Positions 1-10,596 of a DNA stretch of 64,000 nt are shown here, piece after piece (position 1 is the first letter of the stretch; each line of letters starts with the position of its first letter). Location: assembly GCA_051294375.1 (NCBI GenBank), contig CM119271.1, forward strand, positions 6,378,188-6,442,187, read 5' to 3'. This DNA is from Paraspadella gotoi (lineage: Eukaryota > Animalia > Chaetognatha). A model generated the notes under the pieces. It ran no database searches and had not been told where the DNA came from. It saw only the letters and a list, made by a program, of their open reading frames with translations. The position numbers and the translations under genes were made by a program.

Positions 1-447
1 AAATTAATGTTCGTAACGTCAATGTGCCAATTATATTTATGTCTTAAAGTTTCATTCGATTAAACGTGGTGTAGAGATATTTTAAATTGGCTATCAATCT
101 CATATTTCTCTTTTTAAATTTAGTTTTAAACTTTTCTACGTCTTCATATTTCTTCTCTTTCAAACTTCATTTAGAGTACTAAATTTTTTTTCATCTCGAT
201 CATTTAATTTTTGTTTATAAAATGAATGTTTTCGCGCCACTGCTTTGTAATGACATGCTGAAAGAAAATAGATTCGTCTCAATGTTTTTCATAATTTTTT
301 ATAAAATATATTTGAGATAGCAGATTTTTTTTTTAAATTTGCTAAAATCGTTTAGTATTTATTATAATATGCATTATTTATTAAAAATATTGTGGTAAAA
401 TTGAATATTTACCGTTTCTGATCTTTCCGGTTGGTATTTTTTTTTTC

Positions 448-655
448 GGCTAAATTTTACTTTCGTCGACCGCGTTTTGGTGGCTTTTAAAAAAATTATT
501 TAAAAATATTTAAAAAAATGTTTTTTTTAAATATTATTTAATTACACTAACCTTAAGTACTTTTAACCCTAACCACACCTAACCACAAACTACCCTTAAA
601 CCACCCTTAACCCAAACCCCTCCCTAACCCCGGTCGGCGAAAGTAAAAGTAACCC
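448..655. mobile_element. Small MITE-like element with ~25-bp inverted termini enclosing degenerate (CCCTAA)-like repeats
   Basis: ttttactttcgtcgaccg (455-472) is the reverse complement (1 mismatch) of cggtcggcgaaagtaaaa (631-648); the interior 545-630 has cctaacc/ccctaacc/ccttaacc units. Confidence 0.55.
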
Positions 656-1554
656 ATTTTTTTAATATTTATAAATAGGAAAGATTAAAAATTTTTAAGA
701 TCAGATTCAGGTAGCTTGCAAAAAGTTGTCTGCACAAAATATAATTCTTTTTTCAATATTTTGATCATAAGTGGGTAAAAAATATGAAAAACTACTAATA
801 ATCATCATCATCATTTTTCAATACTTTTATTTTCACCAAGAAAACATAAGTTGTAGTTATTTTTTTATTTAACTTTTTATGCTTTATCAGAATCCATCAA
901 AATAAGTTAAGATTGATTAAAAAAAATTTTAATATTGTAATTTTTATAGTAACAATAGAAGCATTAAAATTAAACTTTTTTTACAAATTCTTTTTTTAAC
1001 TGAAAGTAGACTTCAAGACTAAAGTTTTGATCCCCCGCCCTTATTGTCAATAGTATTGAATTGAATTTAATAGATTTCTACGCTTAGGCTTACATTGTGC
1101 TTTTGTCGCTAGTTTCTTCAAATCTCGATATTCGAACAAAAAGACAATATTATTCTTTCTAAATTGACGTGGTCACATTTTTTGGTTCTAAATTTAACTC
1201 TTAAATAATTTTTATTCATATCATGCCTATATATCTTAGATTATTTCATTTTATTCTAATTTTTTTCCAATATCGGCGATCCCGAATTTTAAAACATTCT
1301 AAAGGTCTATGGGAGAATAAGGAGACAAAAAATGAAAAAACGAAGTTCGTTTCTTTACCGAAAATTACAATTAAAAAATTTACCAAAATTAAAGAAATTA
1401 AAATTCCTTTCAAATTAAATATATTGGAGTATACTCTCATTCCGAATTCTGCCGAAATCATATAAGATTTATTTTGCGGCTCATTTGCATTCACTGAAAA
1501 CATTTCAAATCTTTCCAGACAGAATATCAACAAAGAACGTCAAATAATGAGACA

Positions 1555-2593
1555 ATGTCACGGGGAGAGACGGAATCATCTCCTCAAGCTGGCAAGCATA
1601 AGCCCGATTTCAAAATAGTAATTTTGGGCCAAAAAGACGTCGGGAAAACGACTCTTATTTTCAGGTGAACCTTTTAACTTCTTCCAGCTCTAATTCATTA
1701 TTTTACGTAACAACCCTTATATTTCTTTGATTCTATAGATACATGCACAGAAAGTTTACCGAGACGGTGACTACCATTGGGGCCTCTTTTTTTCTGCGTC
1801 GTCACAATGGGAAGAATTTCGCTTTGTGGGACACCGCGGGAGAAGAGCGTTTTTCTGGCTTGAGCGCTTTATATTCGAGGGACGCTTCAGCGGCTATTTT
1901 GGCCTTCGACATCAGTTGTCGGGACTCTTTCGAATCCCTTCGAACTCGTTTTTTGCCGATGTTAAATTCGGCGAAAGAATCGTGTGTTTACGTCGTCGTT
2001 GCGACGAAGCTGGATCTTCTCGCAGAACAGGGTGAGCCATGAAGTTCATGAAAGATCCAAATGGTATAATATAAATAAACGCTAACTTTGTCTGTTTGTT
2101 GATGATGATTGTACCGAATCAATCTTGTTGTATTCGACTAAAATCGCATATATTACATAGTTGTACCATATTTTACTCGCGAAATCGTAAATGCGGTATG
2201 ACAGTGACATCAGGATCATTGTACACCGTAATTAGTTAACTATGCGATGGATGCAATGTTACCATTAAACTTCTTACCTTTGTTTACCGATTTGAAGACT
2301 TACGCGTTTTTGTTTTTTTCCCAGAACCCACCGTTTCCCATGTGGACAAAATGGACGCCAAAAGGTTTTCTCTGGAAATAAATAGTCATTTACCTTCGGG
2401 AACATTTTCTGAAGAGAACACTCCATATTTTGAAACGTCTGCAAAAACCGGAGAAGGGATTGACGAGTTATTTTCCTTTATATTTGGTTATTTATTAGAA
2501 AAAGACCAAAAGCCCATCGAAAGTGAAACAGTTAATCCTGGTTTTACGAATGATCTCGATGAAGTTAAAGGGAAAAAAAATTGCTGTAAATGA
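1555..2593 (+). CDS. RAB20: Rab20-like small GTPase, 3 exons (1555-1664, 1739-2031, 2325-2593), ~223 aa
   Basis: Spliced in phase through GT-AG introns: KPDFKIVILGQKDVGKTT (G1), RYMHRKFTETVTTIGASF, WDTAGEERF (G3), ATKLD (G4), ETSAKTG (G5), C-terminal NCCK prenylation motif. The KPDxKIV start, RYMxRxF and short interswitch match Rab20 better than Rab24 or Rab5. Confidence 0.85.
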
Positions 2594-3220
2594 AATTTTA
2601 GCCTAGTAATGCAATGTCGACGGACATTTTCATTGCATATTGAACTGTTTTTCTATTCCAAAATTTGTTTCCAGGTTCTAAGTCATTTTCAAATGTATTG
2701 CTAAGTGCTTTTAGTTCGAAAACAATCGCATGGTTGAATGTAAGTTGAATAGCATTTTTTTTTAAAATTATGATCACGTTCTCCTTTATTTAATTTTTAT
2801 ACGGTTTTTCTGGCTTACAATATCATTCAATGTTAAGAAATTAATTTCGGTCCTGTTCCTATGCACATTTCTAGAGAATTTATTTTATGGTCAACATTTT
2901 TCACATTGTCATTTTAAAGCATTCCATATGTAATAGTGTATACTGCTTTTTGAACAGATTATGTTGGTTAACAGGTTTTCCAGATGTAAAAAAAGTTAAC
3001 CGTAAACATCGATGGACAAAATAAGATTTTAAAATGCTTTCATGACATATTCCTTGGAACTTGATAATAATATGACAGTACTATAAATGAACAAAATCTT
3101 CCTGGAGTATGTGACACTAAACTGGATCGCTTGAAATTCTGGAAATCCGTCTGACGACTCTGCTTAGGGGTGATTGACTACCCCAATTATAAGCTGCCCA
3201 GAGTGGGATTTATTCCTACT

Positions 3221-6200
3221 ATGGGCGATAGAACTCCCAATAAAGGAACTCCAGTATCTTTCATGAAAAGTGATTCTGGTGTCTCAAGTGGTTCTCCTGT
3301 TAGGTCAAGTTTTTACGGTCCAAATTATGGTCGAAACGGGAAAAAGGATCACTATGAGACCCCTAATCCCCGACGGACTTACACAATCATGTCTCAGGTA
3401 TAAATTAGGGTTGACATTTTAAACGATCAAGTCCTTTTTCTTTCGTTCATTTATTATGCACATGGCACAATAATTTTCGTTGGGTTACCATTTAAATAGT
3501 ATAGTAAATTCTAAAAAGAGTTATTTTTTTAGGATGACATCTCGCACGGCAAAAAGTCGACATGGTTCGAGCTGGAGATAACAGGAACGATAAGGAATCT
3601 AAGGTTCGCGACTTTTGTGTCTTTATTTGTCCAAGAATTATTTTTTCATCAGTCATTCTTTGTTTAGTCCGTCATTATGGCAACTTTCCCATTTAACTTC
3701 ACTTTATCTCAACAACAACAACTTGATGCGTATTCCGCCGGATATTTCGAGACTGGAGCACTTATCGTATTTGGACCTGAGTTACAACAAGTTACGATCG
3801 CTCCCGGCAGAACTGGGAGATCTTGCAAACCTCAGGGAACTTCTTCTTAGTCACAACTACTTACGAGTGCTCCCTTACGAACTCGGAAAGCTCTTTCAGT
3901 TGCAGGTTTTAGTGAATTAAAAAACTTAATTGATAGAGATTCTATTGCAGCATGTTAACATCATTTGTCGCGTATTGTTTCCATTTTTTTGGAGAAAAGC
4001 TATGACGTAGTCCGCTAGGCAAATGTCGTTTGTCACCAATAAATAAAACTGAGTATGCGTTTATTTTTTCAATTATTACTTTCATAGAATCTTGGCTTGA
4101 AGGGGAACCCGCTATCCCCGGAAATACTGAGCGTCTACAATGAAGTCAATGGAACATCCCGTCTCCTTTCGTACATGTTGGACAATCTTGCTGTCACGTC
4201 AAGTCAGCCGCCTCAAAGACCATGGGTAACAGTCTGTCAACCAGACAGGCAGCGTGCGAATTTACTTTTCACCTGTATGTCCTACAACGTTCTCTGCGAT
4301 AAATACGCGACGCGCCAGGTTCGTCGTTTTCAATTTTACTAGCTTAAGCTTTATCTAAATACATACTTATCGTCACAGATATATGGCTACTGTCCATCCT
4401 GGGCTCTGTCGTGGGAATACCGAAAAAAGGGGATTTTGGACGAAATTCGTCAGTACGCCGCTGACATTATTTGCCTTCAGGAAGTTGAAACGGATCAGTT
4501 TTATCACTTCTTCTTACCCGAGTTAAAACAAGAAGGATACGACGGTGAGTTATAAAAACCTGAGTTCATGAAGAAGACCTTGAGTCAACTTCCCGTCAAT
4601 TTATTTTCCAGGAGTTTTTTCTCCCAAATCGCGAGCAAAGACGATGACGGTTGATGAAAGAAAACACGTGGACGGCTGCGCCATTTTCTTTAGATCCTCC
4701 AAGTTTTCGCTAGTGAAAGGTGATTTAAGAAATTTATCGAGTCAATCTAGAAGTAGGAATAGAACATAACAACTTCCAACTTCCTTCCTGTATTTCCTCT
4801 ACGTATCATCTGAGTATTTTTGTCTTTATAATTGACCTGGTAATTGGTTTAATATATGCACGCGAAATGAAAAAAATTATCTTAGATCCAAACTCTTTCA
4901 ACTAGGATACTAACTGTTTTTCTAACGGGTACAAATTGTTTATTACAACGTTTTTTTAAATGTCGCCCTACAGAAAGTTTGATCGAGTTCAACCAAATCG
5001 CTATTGCAACGGCGGACGGCACCGGGAGCGAGAACATGTTGAACCGCGTCATGACGAAAGACAACATCGCTATCTCTGCCTTGCTTCAGACGAAAGATGG
5101 CGCCTTTGATCCATCCAACATGCCGGAGCCAGTTCATGCTAGACAGAGCTTTATGGTTAAAATTATTTAAAATTATTTATCGTTACGAATCTACTGACTC
5201 TGGGTATTCTTTTTCCTGACAGGTTTGCACTGCTCATATTCACTGGGACCCCGAATTTTCCGACGTAAAGTTAATTCAGACGATGATGCTCATGAAGGAG
5301 CTGAAAACAATTCTTGAGGATAATTGTAAATTGCAATTTCGGCCAGGTACGTTACAAATTTGTAAATTTTTAGTCCGCCATAGTCCATATCAAGGCAGTC
5401 ATCAGTTCACTTTATGCAGGAGCCAAGTCATCTCAAATCGACGTTTCCAAAATTCCACTTATTCTCTGCGCGGATTTGAATTCTCTGCCAGATTCAGGTA
5501 AGTGATGTTTGAAAGATGATGATGAGGATGAGGGTAATGATTGAGATGATCTAATGAGGAGTGCCATATTAATAATAATTATTTTTATTAAGTAAGAAAA
5601 CTATTCATTTTGAATGAAGGTAAAAGAAGCGAAATACCCCTTACTACCATACTACCCTATGATTTTTTTTTTTAATTTTTCTAAATTTTTATTATCAGGT
5701 CCTCTCGAGTACATTCAAAAGGGATTTATACCGTTGAATCACACTGATTTCAAAGACATGGCCTACGAGCATTGCCTGAGGTTTGATAATGAGCTGCGTT
5801 GAAATTAGTGTCATATGTATTTGTTTCGTTTAGTTGCTAAGTTATTATTAAGATAATTAGTCCGGTCTGCTGTGAATGTGGCTTCGCGATTTTTGATCAT
5901 TTTTTTTTCGGAAGATACAAGATTAACTCTCCACCCTCCCTCTCGTTATCAGCAAAATGAGCTGTTCGGAACGTTCTGACGTTTTGGCTCATCCTTTCAA
6001 ACTGAAGCGTTCATACAATGATATTATGGAATACACGAACTATACCTTCGATTTCAAAGGAGTCATCGACTACATATTTCATTCTCAACCACATATGCGC
6101 CCTTTGGGCGTATTGGGACCGGTGAGTAAACTTGATACTCATGTATGATTTATAAATAATTTATAGAGTTTGATTTCAAGTAAGGTTGAATAGTTATATT

Positions 6201-8631
6201 ATATACTATTAAAATTTTTCCTGTATGCTATTGACTAACAAAACTAAACTTCTCCACTTTCTTTCTTAACCTTAATCTGAGCTTAATTTTTTTTTATTCA
6301 AATATTTAATGCAATGATATTTCTAGATTTTAAACGATTTTCCCTCATTGACGATATTCAGGTTGACCCCAACTGGTTTCGGGAAAATCGAATTGCCGGG
6401 TGTCCCCATCCTCACGTTCCCTCGGATCATTTTCCTCTTCTGGTGGAGTTCGAACTTTTGGTGAGTAGAGTAGTTTATCCTCGAGAAAGTTTACCTTAAC
6501 AATTGTTAAGATTAGCATAGTTTTGAAAACGTTTTATTCCAACCCCTCCGCAAATTCGGTTCGTTTTTTCGTGTACCCGAACGTTTTACCCAGAGCCAAA
6601 AAGACATTGCGACCCCGGATGCTCGAGCTCCTGTTTTCTGCCCTAAGGCACCCTCAATTTTTGCGTCCAGTGTGTCCGTCTCTCGGGCAAAGTCAAAAGC
6701 GAGCAACGTCCCTGTTTCAAAAACTGTTTCGCGTTCATTGCCCATAACGAGTTCAACCTGTTCCGTTTCTCTTGTCGAAAGTGGCGTTACCAATTAATAA
6801 AAAATAAAAAAGTAACTAATTACAGACTGAAAATTATTTCCCTCTCGAACCATGGTAGAGTAAGAGATTGTTTAATGTAGAAATTGCCCTAAAATAAGAA
6901 GACAAGCTGATCTTTCCTTGTCTTGGAATCTCCTAAAAGTAGTAGGATGAAGAGTTCTATAATAGAGATATAATAATAATCTATCCAAGTCGCATTCGTT
7001 GTGGTCGCCCATGTAATGGCGAGAACTAACATGTTTGTTTCTAACTTACTAAAGTGGAACCAGGTAAACAGTAAGTGAGACGAATACACTAGTGATATGT
7101 TGTGACTGGTTACCAAAGACCACTGCCTCGCGACCTGGGCATTGATGTTGCTGGAGTAATGTTATTATTATTATTATTGCCAAAAGAAACAAGTGGCGCG
7201 GACGACAAACCAAAATAGACACTGGGAATATCCTTGTAGCTCTTTGAGGTCGATGTCTTTATTACATTTTATGAAACAGTGTTACAAACGATAGATAATC
7301 TACTTTAAATATATTTGGTTTGGCTAACTTTTGAACTTGACTTGAAAACAATATGAGTGGTGCAACAATACGAATCGAATTGCAACTCAAGTAACATACC
7401 TGGTATGGTCCTTTTCTGTACCTTTTTAATGTTAGTTGATTTTTTTTTTTTTTTCAACATTTTACTATAAGTTAAGATTTTTCGTTAGTGATTTTTGAGG
7501 GCGCGTTAGTAGAATCTTTATTTCTGTAATAGGTATTATTTACTATGTTGAATACTGTTCGACAGTGTCTTCTGTAGTGTATTTATTATTTAAGTTTGGG
7601 CCCAGTCTTTAATAGGAGACGCATTGCCCAAAATATCAAGAGAAAATTTAACCAATAAAGCCCTAAACAATGTCACCGACGAAAAAAAAAAAACCTTGTG
7701 TAGTCAAAAAATTTAAATCTGAAATCCTGCCAATGTTTGAAATTTCGTCCAGCTTCCGCCCAACGGCCCTTTGCCACCTCCCCGTCCGCCGACGGCCCAA
7801 CAACAGCACGGTCAACCGCCGTTCTTGTTGCCTCCGCCGCCTCAGCCCCCTCCAGGGATTCGCAACGCCGGTGATTCATCGCCGTCATTTATTTTTTTCT
7901 TTCCTTTCAAATTACGAGTCAACAGTTCTCCTTCATAATTGTTTACCTTCTCATTTATTTGTCAAAAATTCTAAGGATCTTTGGCGGGATTCTCGTCGAC
8001 GGCGCCGCCGTTTACCGCGTCTTCGCTTCCACCATCGATGTCATCGACCTCGCTTCACCCGACGCTGAATTCCAACTCTCTCCCACCGTCGCTAACCTCG
8101 TCCGCACTCTCAGCACTCCCGCCACCACCCGTCACTTTGGCCCCTCCTTTCCACGGTCCTCCTCCTTCTTCGATGACTCCCATGCCGCCGCCATTAGGAT
8201 TTCCTTCCGGTCAGCCAACTGGCGAAAACGATCGATTTTAAATTTTTCTATTTCGAAAATTAATTTAGTTGTTCCATCTTGTTTTCAGGATCGGGGCCAA
8301 TCATGCCGCCTCCGCCGGGCGCTAGCCTCGGTCATCCTACATCCATCCCCCCTCCACCTTCAAACGGTCAGCCTCAATCTCATCCTCCGCCGCCGTCCTC
8401 GACACCGTCGCTGCTGGGGGGACCTCCTGGTAAGGATTGCTGCTTCGCTGTTCACTGTGTTCAGTGGTCACTTCGTTCAACTTCCCAATTTTCTTAATGC
8501 TCATTTTCTCCAAAAAAATATATTGAGGTGTGAATGGATCGCGCCAGACAAAACCCACGGCGGCTTCGGGTCTCGCGCTCCAGCCTTCGAATTCGTCGTC
8601 ATCTGCTCCTTCTGCACAAAATTCGCAATGA
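3221..8631 (+). CDS. CNOT6: CCR4-NOT subunit 6/6L deadenylase (LRR + EEP). Core exons 3221-3397, 3533-3603, 3668-3905, 4088-4318, 4379-4544, 4612-4719, 4974-5155, 5223-5346, 5420-5497, 5699-5780, 5953-6121, 6362-6460; probable tail exons 7753-7870, 7976-8209, 8289-8429, 8528-8631 (~773 aa)
   Basis: YETPNPRRTYTIMS start motif; LRRs (LSYLDLSYNKLRSLPAELG, LRVLPYELGKLFQLQ); EEP motifs SYNVLCDKYATRQIYGYCPSWAL, CLQEVET, VDGCAIFF, AHIHWDPEFSDVKLIQ, CADLNSLPDSG, YTNYTFDFKGVIDYIF, PSDHFPL. All introns GT-AG and phase-consistent. The tail exons are less certain than the core. Confidence 0.93.
6516..6797 (+). CDS. Candidate alternative terminal exon of CNOT6 (93 aa, Ser/Val/Pro-rich)
   Basis: Donor gtgagt at 6461 and acceptor attag ending at 6515 give a 55-nt phase-0 intron; the frame HSFENVLFQPLRKFGSF...VESGVTN stays open for 93 codons to TAA at 6795-6797 and is followed immediately by AATAAA. 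The segment is GC-richer than its flanks. Confidence 0.45.
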   Translation, partial: HSFENVLFQPLRKFGSFFRVPERFTQSQKDIATPDARAPVFCPKAPSIFASSVSVSRAKSKASNVPVSKTVSRSLPITSSTCSVSLVESGVTN

Positions 8632-10049
8632 CGGTTCGGCTTTCTCCCTTGATATTTTTTTTCTATCTCTTTCACGACCATCTCATCAGTTATTCTTCTA
8701 TTATTACTCACCACTTTGATCTCTTACTTCGTTTTATTTCGCCTCTTTCGTTTTTTTATTCTTTTCATTATTGCTGGCGTTTATTTTTATCTAATTAGGA
8801 TAAGCCTGGTGCTTTTTTTCAAATTCTTAATCTAGCTTCGATATGAAATATCCTAGCTAAATTTGGTTAACGCGTTCCTATCTGCTAAAGAAATTTGTGT
8901 TTGATGATTTTTTTATCAGTTCTGTCTCTTAATGGATAACAATTGTATTAAAAAAATGTTTTCAATGTATAGTATAATATAAAAAACCCAGAATTCTATA
9001 TTTAACATTTTAGTGTGAATAGTAAATGATGTATTTCCTCATAGATGTGTGTTATGATACATACAAATTAGTCGATAATTTGCAGCATTGTCTGTCAATT
9101 TTTGTGTGCATATCGCGAACACGAATTAAAATACTTTTGTAAAGATTTGGTTCAAGTAATATCCTAATAAATGTGGTTTGTATACTATTTTGTATCCCTT
9201 TGAACCAAATTTATGCTTGAACTCTTCTGTAAATAGCGTTACTCACAGATTTTAGGAATACCAATATAATGATTGTTGATCACTTGTTTTCACCACTTTG
9301 CCTAGGATTGCTTTAATCAAGCTTTACAGAATTTTTTTTCGTTTTTTATTTTCTTTTTACGATTTCATACTCACAATCTTAAATAATAATGTTAAATTTT
9401 TCCCAGTACACTATGTTCATATTGCTTTTTTGCTCGAATGTAATTTGTATATTCATTCCAAAACAAGGAAATTAATTGTTAGTAATTGTCATATAAAATA
9501 TCTATAAATTCTTCGTACTTCATTTTACTAATTTTTTCTCTGTAAACGATTTATAAATTATTTTAATACTAGTATAAAAATAAAAAATAACTTTTATAAA
9601 AATGTTTCAGAAAATTGATGTTTTGTTACCACCTTAATTTTTGGTAAATGAAGTATTGATCACTATTTTAGATAGGGTTATTGATTTATAGTACTCATTA
9701 TATTGCATCCCGTATTACCATATGTCAGACTTTCACACGCGCGGCAAACCTAGTCACAATGTTTTCATATAATATGAATTTTTTCAACGCTAGGACGAAA
9801 AGGATTTTATTTCGAACTCCATGATTGTGAACTATTTTTGCCAGGTCGTTAATTACTGGCATTGTTCGATCAGATTTGGTTTTTTTTTTTTTTCCTTTTT
9901 ATGTACTTTTCCGTACTTATTGTGACAATGAATTTTGCTCCGATTGTCTCCCTAGTTTCCTTAACAAAACCTCTTGGGACCATGGTAATGAAAAACCGTC
10001 AAAAAAAAAAAAATTAAGTGGTTTGACTCGATTATATCCATATAATCAT

Positions 10050-10450
10050 CCTTTGTCCGAGCTGCAATCCTTTTTTATCGTTTTTGGCCGGCCGGCCATC
10101 ATCCGAGGGGAAAAGATCGCTCGCCGGCCATTCGAGGCTCGAATCCGTCTCTCTCGAATTATTCTCGATTTTCTAGAGTCAGACGGACTCGGACGCTGCA
10201 TCGCGTGGGCTAACCTCTCTTTCCCAACTCTGTTTACTTTCAGCTGTTTTTCCCCCCCTTCTACAGAAACTCTCGGATTTTTGCTCACCTTGCATCATCG
10301 TCGGGAGGTTTTCTCCCGACATAGCGATTTTCCTAAAGTGATTCGATTCGATGGAAAACCTCGATCCTTCTCGTATCTCACAACCAAACGATCCTTTCAC
10401 TTCTTTCTATTCCCAACCCGGACTTTCTTGGCTTACTCATCGACCCAAAG
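10050..10450 (+). promoter_or_regulatory. CpG-rich island upstream of the CDR2-like gene (likely promoter or 5' UTR exon)
   Basis: Dense CpG (ggccggccggcc, many tcga/ccga) in an AT-rich background ~150-550 bp upstream of the proposed ATG; no credible protein. Confidence 0.4.
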
Positions 10451-10596
10451 TTTTTATTTTTGGGTGCGGATAAAACAACCAAAAAAAAGATTTAATACGT
10501 ACACACATGCACGGAATATGAACCGTGTGGACTACTGAATAAACTCCTCTTCGGGGGAAATCATTTATTATTGATTGAAATATGTTTTACTAAATT

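Noticed and set aside
7959-8798. 279-aa ORF overlapping the proline-rich exons
   Set aside because: Alternate frame running through introns; the spliced frame has proper splice sites and a coherent composition.
9876-10538. 220-aa ORF upstream of CDR2
   Set aside because: Phe/Ser-rich, non-ATG start, no motifs; better explained as a CpG-rich promoter or UTR.
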